The position numbers and the translations under genes were made by a program. Below are positions 16,936 to 25,882 of a stretch of 64,000 bases of DNA, piece by piece (positions within the stretch are counted from its first letter, which is position 1; every line of letters starts with the position of its first letter). Below the pieces are notes generated by a model that saw nothing but the letters and a program-made list of their open reading frames with translations, was not told the origin of the DNA and made no database searches. The DNA is taken from positions 186,001-250,000 of the IMG/VR virus record IMGVR_UViG_3300035212_003113. The stretch is one strand, 5' to 3'.

Positions 16936-19227
16936 TCAGCTGCCTGAAGTCGGATGCGAACCCGGAAGGCCAAAGTTCGCTGTATAGCGAGCAACGCCTT
17001 TGGTTATGCGGAAATCATCTATATGCCCAAAATAGCCAGAAGTACCTGGATTTGTTGTGGAGACTGAGCCAATTACAAGTGGTTCGCCGTTAGATGGAAT
17101 TGTGCCACTTGCCGTACCAATTGCTGCAGAAGTGCCATTGACGTATAGGGTAAACGTGCCTCCACTCCTAACAAATGCCAGGTGCGTCCAAGTGTTTGCA
17201 GGGATAATATCACCAGTCGCCGCGCTTACGGCCCAACTGGTACCATTAGTTGTGGCATAGTAATACGCACGGTACGCATTAAGTGACGAGTTGAACTGCA
17301 AGAATCCTATAACACCTCCGTAAATACTAAGCGACTGTCTTTTACCAAACAGGTATTTTTGCGTCCCATTTGCAAGGCCGTTAATAGGATTAATCCACAT
17401 TTCAATTGTATAGTTTCCAGATCCAAATTCAAGACTCTGGCTTGAAGGAACAGATAGATAATCTCCAACGCCATCAAAATATAAACTCGAGCCGCCATAT
17501 CTGCTTTGTGCCGTGCTAATAAAGGCATTGCCGACTCGTGATACCGCAAAGGCATTGGCGCTGCTGTCAACAAACGACGTGCTGCCATTTGCCCCATCGG
17601 CCTTCATTAGCAGCGAGACGCTTGAGAAGTACGGGTCCGAGACTGGGTGGGAGCCCGGAGGCGTAAAGTTCGCAGTGTATCGGGCGATACCTTTGGTCAC
17701 ACGCAAGTCGTCTATGTAGCCGTTGAGGTCGTAGGTGTAGCCGGGGACAGATGTTCTGCCGACGAGCTGGGCGTGCGTTGTAGTTACATTCTGACTCGAC
17801 AGTGTTGTCGAGCCTATCAGTGCCCCGTTGAGAAAAAATCGCGTCAGAGTCCCTTGCCGAGATACTGCTGCGTGGTGCCACTGGTTTTGGGCAACCGTGG
17901 CAGGAGCGTTGAGCCCGCCCCCGCTACCGGACTGGTAGTTCTCAAAGCCTAGCCCAGTTCCGGTGGTTGACGAGTCGCCTAGTATGTAAAAGTTGTAGCC
18001 CATGGAGGATCCTGAAGGTGCAAAACATGAAAATATGGTCGCGATTCGCTGGTTGCCCGCACTCAGCGGCGAGTTTCCAGCGATAAAAAACCAGCACTCT
18101 ATGGTGAAGTTGCCAGTCCCGAAGCTGAACAGCGCGGAGTTTGCAATAGATAGGTTGTCCCCGCTGCCATCAAAATATGCACTGGATCCGCCGAACTTAC
18201 TCTGTGCGGTTCTAATCGCAGCATTACCAAGCCTTGAGATGGCAAGATTATTAGCGCTGCTATCGACAAACGACGTGCTGTTATTTGCCCCGTCAGCCTT
18301 AAGTAATAGCGAGACGTTTGCGAAGGATGCGTCCACAGCGTCCGCAACCGTAAGCGTGACCGTAGCTGCAGCAGAATTCGCCGTGCCATCGTTGACCCTG
18401 AAGGTAAAGCTGTCTGAGCCGGAATAGCCGCTATTCGGAGTATACGTCAGGCTTGGAGCCGTACCGGTCAAGGAGCCGTTGGCAGGATTCGTCACAACCG
18501 TGTACGTCAATGCGCTGCCTTCGACATCGCTGCCCGCCAGAGTTATTGCAGTTGCGGTGTCACGGTTCACCGATACGCTCTGGGCAGTAGCCGCAGGCGT
18601 GTCATTGACGGCAGTTACTGTGATGCTAACGGTAGCAGTAGAAGAGTTCACGTACCCGTCGTTAACGCGGAACGTAAAGCTGTCCGAGCCGTTGTAGTTC
18701 GCATTGGGCGTATAGACCAGGTTCGGGGCGTTACCCGTCAGCACGCCATTGCTTGGGCCGGCGACTACTGCGTAGGTCAGCGGATTTCCGTCGATATCAC
18801 TGCCTGTCAGGGTAATAGCAACGTAGCCGTCTTCGAGCACGCTGACGCTCTGGGCAGTAGCCTCAGGCGTGTCATTAACCGCAGTTACTGTTATTGAAAC
18901 AGTAGCCACGGCCGAATCTGCTGTACCATCATTAGCTTTGAACGTAAAGCTGTCCGAGCCGTTGTAGTTTGCGTTAGGCGTATAAGTCAGGCTCGGAGCG
19001 GAGCCACTTAGGACGCCATTAGTCGGGCCGTCAACTACTGTATAGGTCAGTATATCGCCATTTGCATCACTGGCAGTGAGCACGATGTTGGCCGCAGCAT
19101 CCTCAGATGTCGAGATGTTCTGGCCTACAACTACGGGAGCCACAGGGCCGGTACCAGGTAGAACTGTATCCGAAGTCTGAGAGGTCGATAGTATAGCTGG
19201 ACTTAATAAACCAAAATTACTGGGCAT
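16936..19227 (-). CDS. Virion surface/adhesin protein: three Ig-like (Big_9/cadherin-like) repeats plus two LamG/ConA-like domains
   Basis: 3x LTYTPN..Y.GSDSFTF..NDG; 2x VSLL.KADGAN.STSFVDSS...FDG.GD..., DD.R.TKG.ARYTANF; SD GGAG before ATG 19227. Confidence 0.85.
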   Translation of the reverse strand: MPSNFGLLSPAILSTSQTSDTVLPGTGPVAPVVVGQNISTSEDAAANIVLTASDANGDILTYTVVDGPTNGVLSGSAPSLTYTPNANYNGSDSFTFKANDGTADSAVATVSITVTAVNDTPEATAQSVSVLEDGYVAITLTGSDIDGNPLTYAVVAGPSNGVLTGNAPNLVYTPNANYNGSDSFTFRVNDGYVNSSTATVSITVTAVNDTPAATAQSVSVNRDTATAITLAGSDVEGSALTYTVVTNPANGSLTGTAPSLTYTPNSGYSGSDSFTFRVNDGTANSAAATVTLTVADAVDASFANVSLLLKADGANNSTSFVDSSANNLAISRLGNAAIRTAQSKFGGSSAYFDGSGDNLSIANSALFSFGTGNFTIECWFFIAGNSPLSAGNQRIATIFSCFAPSGSSMGYNFYILGDSSTTGTGLGFENYQSGSGGGLNAPATVAQNQWHHAAVSRQGTLTRFFLNGALIGSTTLSSQNVTTTHAQLVGRTSVPGYTYDLNGYIDDLRVTKGIARYTANFTPPGSHPVSDPYFSSVSLLMKADGANGSTSFVDSSANAFAVSRVGNAFISTAQSRYGGSSLYFDGVGDYLSVPSSQSLEFGSGNYTIEMWINPINGLANGTQKYLFGKRQSLSIYGGVIGFLQFNSSLNAYRAYYYATTNGTSWAVSAATGDIIPANTWTHLAFVRSGGTFTLYVNGTSAAIGTASGTIPSNGEPLVIGSVSTTNPGTSGYFGHIDDFRITKGVARYTANFGLPGSHPTSGS

Positions 19228-19305
19228 TAATTCTCCCTGGATCACTGGCCTTGCACGAATTTTGCTTGGCCATACTGCAGTATATTTAGTACCGTCGGCA
19301 GCTCC

Positions 19306-19325
19306 CGGCCGGGGTACCCCGGCCG
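19306..19325. repeat. Perfect 20-bp palindrome between divergent genes
   Basis: CGGCCGGGGTACCCCGGCCG equals its own reverse complement. Confidence 0.9.
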
Positions 19326-19376
19326 CAAAACCTATCATTGCAGGCGCATAGAGGTAATGTCAAAAGCCGGAGCACC

Positions 19377-19793
19377 ATGATTTTTTCGCTTTTCAAACGC
19401 GCCAGCCCAGCGGTAGCAGCCGGAGCAGTCATAATAGCAAACAACACTGGCAGGATACTGCTACAACTACGCGCACCATACCTCAGTGCCGGCGGAAAAT
19501 GGAGCCTGGTTGGCGGCGGAGTCGAGCCCGGAGAATCACCAGAACGCGCCATGTTTCGCGAAATCGCCGAAGAAACAGGCGCCGCATTAGAAGGCAAACC
19601 TCAGTACCTGCACACGTATGAGAAAAAAGACTTCAAATATCACAGCTACCTGCTGCGCATTCCAGAAGAGTTCGAACCAGTAGGCAACCAGGAGTCTGCC
19701 GAGCACCGGTGGGTAGATATTGACGACCTGCCCGAACCGCTTCATCCCGGGATGAAGCCCCTAATACCCATAATCCTTCTCGCAATAAAATAA
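19377..19793 (+). CDS. Nudix hydrolase
   Basis: Nudix box GGVEPGESPERAMFREIAEETG; SD GGAG before ATG 19377. Confidence 0.92.
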   Translation: MIFSLFKRASPAVAAGAVIIANNTGRILLQLRAPYLSAGGKWSLVGGGVEPGESPERAMFREIAEETGAALEGKPQYLHTYEKKDFKYHSYLLRIPEEFEPVGNQESAEHRWVDIDDLPEPLHPGMKPLIPIILLAIK

Positions 19794-19820
19794 AACAGCC
19801 AGAAACCCGTCCGGCTTGCG

Positions 19821-19852
19821 GCCCGCAGATTGTTTGCGGGCTTCTTCTTTTT
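19821..19852 (+). terminator. Probable intrinsic terminator
   Basis: GCCCGCAGA-ttg-TTTGCGGGC-TTCTTCTTTT. Confidence 0.65.
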
Positions 19853-19985
19853 ACCTGCCAGCCAAAATATGCCAGACCGCCGGCTATAAAATGTAATTCA
19901 ATACGAGATAGGTTAAGATTTTTATTAGCAGTCGAGGTGATTTATTTCTAAGTCAAGCAATTCCCAGTATCTTTATCGCGAGGTC

Positions 19986-20378
19986 GTGGTCGACCCTGTT
20001 ATCCTTTCTACCGTTTATCTCAAAAACGCAACGTATAACATCAACGAAGTTGAGCTGATGGAAGAACTCAAAGAACTTCAGGATCGGCTGATTGCCAAGA
20101 TCAAAGAGGTCATTGATACGTGCTTGACCGAGAGGCAGCGCGAGGTGATGATACGGACGTATTTAGAGCAAAGAACGCAGATGGAAGTGGCAGACATGCT
20201 AGGGGTATGTCAGACGACTGTACATAAGATTATCTCTGGCAATATCGACTATTCCAACGGAGGGAGACGTTACGGCGGAGCGCTAAAGAAGATAAAGAAG
20301 ATCTGCGAAACTGATCAAGAAGTGGTGCAGATTCTCTCTCGTCTCGAGGAGATCAAGGGACTTCTGAGCGAAACCTAG
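19986..20378 (+). CDS. Stand-alone sigma70 region-4-like HTH protein
   Basis: LTERQREVM..TYLEQRTQMEVADMLGVCQTTVHK; start uncertain. Confidence 0.7.
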   Translation: MVDPVILSTVYLKNATYNINEVELMEELKELQDRLIAKIKEVIDTCLTERQREVMIRTYLEQRTQMEVADMLGVCQTTVHKIISGNIDYSNGGRRYGGALKKIKKICETDQEVVQILSRLEEIKGLLSET

Positions 20379-20470
20379 CGCTTTCAGGTCTTCGTCTGGC
20401 CATTATTTCCTATTAAACATGAAACCACAGAGCCCGTGATCCGGTGAACGGTTGTTTGCAGACACCAACA

Positions 20471-20493
20471 AAAAGCCCGCTTTGCGGCGGGCC
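20471..20493 (-). terminator. Intrinsic terminator (paralog of 21302-21326)
   Basis: GCCCGC-cgcaaa-GCGGGC-TTTTT on the minus strand. Confidence 0.75.
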
Positions 20494-20497
20494 ATTT

Positions 20498-20623
20498 TCA
20501 TTCTTCTTCTACAGCAAGTCCTAGCAGTACGCCGTCAACCGCGTCTCCTTCACGCGCCAGTTCAGCTGCATAAAGCTTGTTCACTACCTTTACAGGACTA
20601 GAGAGTAAATCGGCCTTGCGAGC
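20498..20623 (-). pseudogene. Start-less diverged copy of the 3' end of gene 21331-21672
   Basis: ARKADLLSSPVKVVNKLYAAELAREGDAVDGVLLGLAVEEE* vs ARKADLLTSLVKVANELDAAGLANEADAVDSVLRGLAAVEE* (29/41 identical by hand); in-frame TAG at 20642-20644 with no start codon between. Confidence 0.8.
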
Positions 20624-20654
20624 ACTTGGGGTAAAAACAACCTAGCCCGGTTGC

Positions 20655-21218
20655 TTATTTTTTGATCGTACTGAGCTCTGAACCTGCATGCCCTACCTTA
20701 CCAACGTTTATAGAGAACTTGCCCTCGTTGGTTTCAACATCCAGCGTATCACCGCTTTTTGCCCAAATAAGAATTGACTCTCCATGCTTGGTCTGTTCTG
20801 CTCCTTTTGCAGATGTTACAGTTACTTGTCCATCAGCTGAGTTATGTGTTAGAAAGAGTGCCATATAATTTGGAAAATACTCTACAGTTACGCTAGCAGA
20901 TTTGGTGGTTTCATCTTCTATTGGGACTATAGAGACGCCCCAGCCATGAGCATTTAGAAGTTTTAGAAGAGAATCGATTGTCCGTACTCCGTCTAGTGCA
21001 CCTGCGATCTGCATGCCGGGTAAAGAATGTCGGGTTTGTCCTTCTCCACCTTGTAGTGATGCGCCACAATGGGGGCAAACTTTTTCTTTGGCACCTGCAT
21101 CTACTGCAATTTTTTTAAACCGATCTCCGATATCCATGGCTAGGCGAGCATTTCGGGCATCACCCTTCTGTAGGAATTTCTGCGCAAGGTCATACGCAGC
21201 AGCAGTCTTTTTAAGCAT
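20655..21218 (-). CDS. Hypothetical protein (CPHC knuckle), N-terminal LKKTA motif
   Basis: SD GAGG; 187-aa ORF. Confidence 0.7.
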   Translation of the reverse strand: MLKKTAAAYDLAQKFLQKGDARNARLAMDIGDRFKKIAVDAGAKEKVCPHCGASLQGGEGQTRHSLPGMQIAGALDGVRTIDSLLKLLNAHGWGVSIVPIEDETTKSASVTVEYFPNYMALFLTHNSADGQVTVTSAKGAEQTKHGESILIWAKSGDTLDVETNEGKFSINVGKVGHAGSELSTIKK

Positions 21219-21301
21219 AAGGAGCCTCTTTATTTGGGGCCCTTTGCCTGAGCCCGGTCAAACTTTCATATTTCTTATTTTCGGATTCATAGAAGCAACT
21301 G

Positions 21302-21326
21302 AAAAACCCGCTTCGCAGCGGGCTTT
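21302..21326 (-). terminator. Intrinsic terminator
   Basis: GCCCGC-tgcgaa-GCGGGT-TTTT on the minus strand. Confidence 0.75.
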
Positions 21327-21330
21327 CAAT

Positions 21331-21672
21331 TCACTCTTCTACCGCAGCCAGCCCACGCAGTACACTATCAACTGCGTCTGCTTCGTTGGCCAATCCAGCT
21401 GCATCGAGCTCGTTCGCGACCTTTACGAGGCTAGTGAGCAGGTCGGCTTTACGAGCATTTAGGGCAAACTGAATCTGGCCTAATAGTTCTCGCTCGGCCT
21501 TTGTCAACTTCTTGTCGCCCTCTGCGCGCGCCTGGAGCTCCTTCTTTTTCTTTTTTAGAAGTGCGGTTGGGATCTTCTTGTCCGCAGGCACCTTGAGCTT
21601 TTTATGCAGCTCGCCCTTTTCCTCAAGATTAACGGCTCCCTGCATCCACTTGTTTTTTTTCTTAGCAGCCAC
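21331..21672 (-). CDS. Small Lys-rich basic protein with C-terminal shared helical module
   Basis: KWMQGAV...GELHKKLKVPADKKIP; SD GAGGTG; possible DNA-condensing core protein (inference). Confidence 0.75.
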   Translation of the reverse strand: MAAKKKNKWMQGAVNLEEKGELHKKLKVPADKKIPTALLKKKKKELQARAEGDKKLTKAERELLGQIQFALNARKADLLTSLVKVANELDAAGLANEADAVDSVLRGLAAVEE

Positions 21673-21769
21673 TGCGCACCTCTATAAAATGATCTAGCGC
21701 ATTGCTTTGCAATATTTAGTAGAGGGGCTGAACTGGCAGCCCTTGCTATTATTGAAGCAGTAGGAGCCC

Positions 21770-22522
21770 ATGAGCAACAAATTCCCTTTGTTTAAGACTG
21801 CTGGATCGGGGCTAAAGGCTGAGGCTGGCCTATCGGAGATTGCAGACAGCGTACTAGATAAGATAAAAGATCTTAGCGACAGTGATGCAGTCAAGACAAT
21901 AAAACAGTTGCCAAAGGACATCTATAACAAGCTATTTGGCGATGATGCCGACGAGCCTGTCAGTGATGACAAGCAGGCTCCGGCTCCTCCAAAGACAAAA
22001 AAGTATTATCAGCAGGTGCTCTCGGAGAGCGAGAAGAAGACGCCGGGTGGAAAGCCTATAACTGTCACAAAGCTGCAGACCATTCCTGGTCCCCCTGGAT
22101 CAGATGATGCTTTTTATGCACGAGTACTAAGTGGCATCGGCGCTCCTGTAACACCCGAGACAAAAAAATTTCTATATGCATGGAGAAAGGCAGAGGGAGG
22201 GATGGCTGCATTTAATCCATTTAATACCACAAGATCACTATCCGGCGAGACACTGACGAATTATAATAGCCACGGCGTAAAAAACTACCCCAGCGAAGAC
22301 CACGGGGTAGCTGCAACAATTGCCACGCTTCTGGGTGGAAAGTACAGTTCTATAGTGGATGCCCTCAGGGACCAGTCTCCTGGTGCCGCTATGCGTGCGG
22401 CGCAGGCATTGGCAAAGACTCCCTGGGGCACTGGTCGCGGAGTTATAAACGTACTGCGCAGCAAGCAGATCACTCGCATGCCAATTTACTGGCTACCTGA
22501 AGAAGGCAGTGCGCTGACCTAG
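21770..22522 (+). CDS. Putative lysozyme-fold/lytic transglycosylase-like protein
   Basis: AWRKAEGG...FNPFNTT...NSHGVKNYPS...G.AAT..TL..G.Y; SD AGGAG. Confidence 0.55.
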   Translation: MSNKFPLFKTAGSGLKAEAGLSEIADSVLDKIKDLSDSDAVKTIKQLPKDIYNKLFGDDADEPVSDDKQAPAPPKTKKYYQQVLSESEKKTPGGKPITVTKLQTIPGPPGSDDAFYARVLSGIGAPVTPETKKFLYAWRKAEGGMAAFNPFNTTRSLSGETLTNYNSHGVKNYPSEDHGVAATIATLLGGKYSSIVDALRDQSPGAAMRAAQALAKTPWGTGRGVINVLRSKQITRMPIYWLPEEGSALT

Positions 22523-22572
22523 ACAGGCTATTCATATGATCGGTTAATTCCGATCTTTATATGTAAAATTAC

Positions 22573-22583
22573 CTATTAATCCG
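22573..22583 (+). promoter_or_regulatory. Candidate late promoter CTATTAATCCG
   Basis: Identical 11-mer at 49822; CTA(T/A)TAA recurs upstream of structural genes. Confidence 0.5.
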
Positions 22584-22630
22584 GGAGCTCTATTTTGGCC
22601 ATAGGTCTAAATTACCGGTATTGGAGTAAC

Positions 22631-23110
22631 ATGAAGCTGGACATTGATTGGAATTCAATTGAGCAGGCGGTTCGGCCCTCAAAGCCTGCCACGCTGGACT
22701 TCTCAGCTGTTGGCAGCCAGTTTACAAAGGTAGCGTTTGACGTGTACAAGCGCACTGGCGAGGATTCGCTGTGGGAGCTTCGCGAGGCCGAGGACGGCCG
22801 CAAGATCCTGGTCGCTCTATATGAGGAATCAGAGGGCGAGACCGTTAAGACCGCATCTGCCTCTGAGTGGTCGGCACATGCCGACGCGTCGCGTCAATTT
22901 GTTACGCTAGCTTTCCAGGGCACTCCGGTCTACAAGTTCTCGTCCAAGGAGCACGGCTTTGATGAGGGCAGCGCAGCGCAGTTTGCTAACTACGTAGTTG
23001 CGCAGGCAAAGCAGCCCGACTTTATCGCAAAGATGGCATTCAGCCTTACCCCGGCTCGCCGGGCACACCTGCTAGGCATCGTCCGCAATCAGGGGAAAAC
23101 AAATGAGTGA
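22631..23110 (+). CDS. Hypothetical head-cluster protein
   Basis: SD GGAG before ATG 22631; TKVA, VKTA motifs. Confidence 0.75.
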   Translation: MKLDIDWNSIEQAVRPSKPATLDFSAVGSQFTKVAFDVYKRTGEDSLWELREAEDGRKILVALYEESEGETVKTASASEWSAHADASRQFVTLAFQGTPVYKFSSKEHGFDEGSAAQFANYVVAQAKQPDFIAKMAFSLTPARRAHLLGIVRNQGKTNE

Positions 23111-24602
23111 TATTAAGCACCAGCTTGATGCTTTTATTAAGGCTGCCTCTGCAGCGATTGTCGAAGACTCCAAAGATTATTTTATATCGGATGTACTCGG
23201 CCGCATTGAGACTGCCTATGGTCGTACAAAAGATGCCAGCCTGCATGCGCTTCACAACATCGTGAAGTCGCACAAGGACAGCGTAATCATCAGCCGCGCC
23301 GAACTGCGCAGCGGTTGGGAGCGCGTTGCTAGCCTTGGGCGTGCAGATGTGGTTCGCGACGAGATCGGCGACCTCCTGGGTGCCGCTGCTCCGGACACTG
23401 GTGTTGTGCGCAGCTCGGAAAAGACCGCAATGAATGCAGGTGGCGCTGCCATTGATATCTCGGTTGACGAGTCTGCCAAGTACGCAGCGCTATTTGGTGA
23501 GCACGTCGCCACCCGCTCTATCCGCAGTGGTGCCGATGCAGTGTCTGCCGAAATTCGCGACTATGGTCTTGACGCCAAGCTTACGCTGGCTGCCCAGGAT
23601 TCGCGCTTTGCTGTATTCGCAGCAGAGCTAAGCGATGGCAAGCGCACCGCCAGTGCACTGATTCCTGTTGAAGTAAAAAACGGCAACGTCCTGCTCCCGT
23701 CGGTATTCTTCGGCTCCACCTTTTCTGAATTTAATGCAGACAATCTCAACAAGTGGGCATCCGCTGGTGGTGCCGCATCGGTATCTGCCGTAGGCCTTCT
23801 GGATCATTTGAATAATCTTGCTGGTCCAGCGCTGGTCGAGGCCGGCAAGGCAGAGTGGGACGCCGGGATTGGCATTGCTGGCGGTACAGGCGTTGACCTT
23901 GGCCAGGCCGCTTCGCCTGTCCTAGCTAACGCAGAAGTTCCGGCCGAGCTCACTGCGGCTGCCCGTGATCTGGGTGGCACTGATTTCGAGCAGATCTTTA
24001 AAGAGGCTACTGTCAAGTGCGGCCAGGAGAAGCTTGCATCTGCTCGCCAGATGCTCGCCAATGAGCTGCGCTTTGCAAACGTTCGCCATGATAAGATTGT
24101 AGTCGACAGCGAGCTGGAGAACGGCATTCGCCTTGGCACGCATGTCCGCACGGCTGCTGGCAAACAGTACATAACCGTCCCAGTAGAATTTGATGGCAAG
24201 AGCGTACTGCTCCCCGGCTTCTTCCAGGCCGGCAACCGCGTACTTGAATTCTCGGATCACGCTCTGCACTCTGTTGCAGCAGATGGCGAGACGTCATTCC
24301 GGTCAATTGCAAGCAGCATGCGCACTGCTTCATTCTCTGACCTCTACAAAGTAGTCATCAAGAATGCTCAGTTTGGCAACCTAGCTGGTGCCGAAGAGGC
24401 GATGGCAGTTATCCTAGAAGAACATGGTGAAGAGCTCCATCGTCAGGCATTCCAGGATATGATCTCTGTCATTCAGAAGAGCGCCACCATGGAGCGTAAC
24501 GATTTCGACAAGTACGCAGCAGACCTGGCCGACGGCGGCAGCGAGACGGCTAATTATGTCTCTAACAAGGTAAACCTGGCCATGTTTGGCCTTCTGGATT
24601 GA
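23103..24602 (+). CDS. Hypothetical head-cluster protein with internal duplication
   Basis: IPVEVKNGNVLLPSVF vs VPVEFDGKSVLLPGFF. Confidence 0.8.
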   Translation: MSDIKHQLDAFIKAASAAIVEDSKDYFISDVLGRIETAYGRTKDASLHALHNIVKSHKDSVIISRAELRSGWERVASLGRADVVRDEIGDLLGAAAPDTGVVRSSEKTAMNAGGAAIDISVDESAKYAALFGEHVATRSIRSGADAVSAEIRDYGLDAKLTLAAQDSRFAVFAAELSDGKRTASALIPVEVKNGNVLLPSVFFGSTFSEFNADNLNKWASAGGAASVSAVGLLDHLNNLAGPALVEAGKAEWDAGIGIAGGTGVDLGQAASPVLANAEVPAELTAAARDLGGTDFEQIFKEATVKCGQEKLASARQMLANELRFANVRHDKIVVDSELENGIRLGTHVRTAAGKQYITVPVEFDGKSVLLPGFFQAGNRVLEFSDHALHSVAADGETSFRSIASSMRTASFSDLYKVVIKNAQFGNLAGAEEAMAVILEEHGEELHRQAFQDMISVIQKSATMERNDFDKYAADLADGGSETANYVSNKVNLAMFGLLD

Positions 24603-24604
24603 TT

Positions 24605-25129
24605 ATGCTTAAAATCGCAAGTATAGAAAAAGAAATCACAGAACTAGATGGTGCTGGTAGCGACGAGAAAACTCGTGCTGCCGCAGCTCTTGATTTTGCA
24701 GCATACGATACGGATGATCTGCGTCGCGTAGCTGCACTTGTAGTGGGCTTTGCCGATGCATTTGACGCAGACGGCCACAAGACTGCTGCAGATGCACTTG
24801 ATCGCGTTCTGAATAAGTTCGCTGCCTCGCCAGAAGCATTCTGGGATCCGCCAAAGCGCCGTCCTATGGACCTGGTGCCGCCAGTACGCTCTTCCCTGGG
24901 GGACATTGGACACAGTCTCAGTACGAGACACTCGCCCGATCTTCCTGGTGTCCAGCTCGTACGCGTTTCAGATGGCGTATACCGCGATCCAGTAACCAAC
25001 AAGACATATGACTTTCATCGTGGCTTTGTGCTGGATGACGGCACAAAATACGTCGGAGGCTCTGTATCGGCCCAGACGCCGGCCGGAAACGAGAAGTTTA
25101 GGCCACTGAAGCAGCAAATAGACTACTGA
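24605..25129 (+). CDS. Hypothetical head-cluster protein carrying the shared helical module
   Basis: MLKIAS N-terminus; FADAFDADGHKTAADALDRVL. Confidence 0.75.
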   Translation: MLKIASIEKEITELDGAGSDEKTRAAAALDFAAYDTDDLRRVAALVVGFADAFDADGHKTAADALDRVLNKFAASPEAFWDPPKRRPMDLVPPVRSSLGDIGHSLSTRHSPDLPGVQLVRVSDGVYRDPVTNKTYDFHRGFVLDDGTKYVGGSVSAQTPAGNEKFRPLKQQIDY

Positions 25130-25164
25130 CTTCAGAGGGGCTCTTAAACGGGCCCCTAATTATT

Positions 25165-25170
25165 TGTAAT
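25165..25170 (+). promoter_or_regulatory. Candidate leaderless promoter element TGTAAT, 7 nt before ATG 25178
   Basis: Fixed spacing; no SD. Confidence 0.55.
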
Positions 25171-25177
25171 TAGCTTT

Positions 25178-25882
25178 ATGGCAACAAAAAACAAAGTACT
25201 GTCTCATATCGACCGAGATATAATTATCAAGATGCTTTCTGATGGCGAAAGTCCACAGAAAGTTGCCGAGTTTCTACAGACAAAGTATCCTGGGAAACAC
25301 AATGCACATCTAAATATTCATTGGCGAACAATCCACGACTTCCGTGATCGCTTCATGCCTTCTGGCAAACTAAGCAAAATTGCTATACAGGAGTCAGAGG
25401 TTCCGCGCTGGGCAAAAGAGAACGCGGATATAAAAGCCGAGCTAATGAAGAGCTCTGCGTACCAGAATGCAATAGCGAAGCTGGCCGAGGAAGAGATTAG
25501 CGTAAAAAAAGAATTGGTTCAGTTGCTTACTCTTGTCAAAGGCCGTATGGAGTTCTACTACAACGAGCTGGCAGTGAATAATAAGATGGATGAGCGCAAT
25601 GAGAAAGTGCTGCTAGAGCAGATGAAACTGCTGCTGTCCATACTCAGTCAACATGATAAAGCAGAGACGACGGCTGCTGCGGCTGCAACAGAAGTCAACG
25701 TTAGCATTAATATCGTAAAAGATCATGCACTTATAATAAGAGAAGCAGTGCGCGATACGCTAGACAGCGTAGACCCAAACCTCGCGATAGAGTTTATGGA
25801 GCGCCTTAATCTTAAAATGAAGGAGCTTGAGTATACGGAAACTACAGGTATTATTCCTATAGGCGGGAGAATAAATGTTTGA
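25178..25882 (+). CDS. Hypothetical protein, possible terminase small subunit
   Basis: N-terminal HTH-like segment, helical middle, VNVSINI strand; function is inference only. Confidence 0.4.
   Translation: MATKNKVLSHIDRDIIIKMLSDGESPQKVAEFLQTKYPGKHNAHLNIHWRTIHDFRDRFMPSGKLSKIAIQESEVPRWAKENADIKAELMKSSAYQNAIAKLAEEEISVKKELVQLLTLVKGRMEFYYNELAVNNKMDERNEKVLLEQMKLLLSILSQHDKAETTAAAAATEVNVSINIVKDHALIIREAVRDTLDSVDPNLAIEFMERLNLKMKELEYTETTGIIPIGGRINV

Noticed and set aside
20379-20470. Possible small RNA or peptide after CTATTAA at 20410
   Set aside because: Only a 6-codon ORF and no convincing fold; insufficient support
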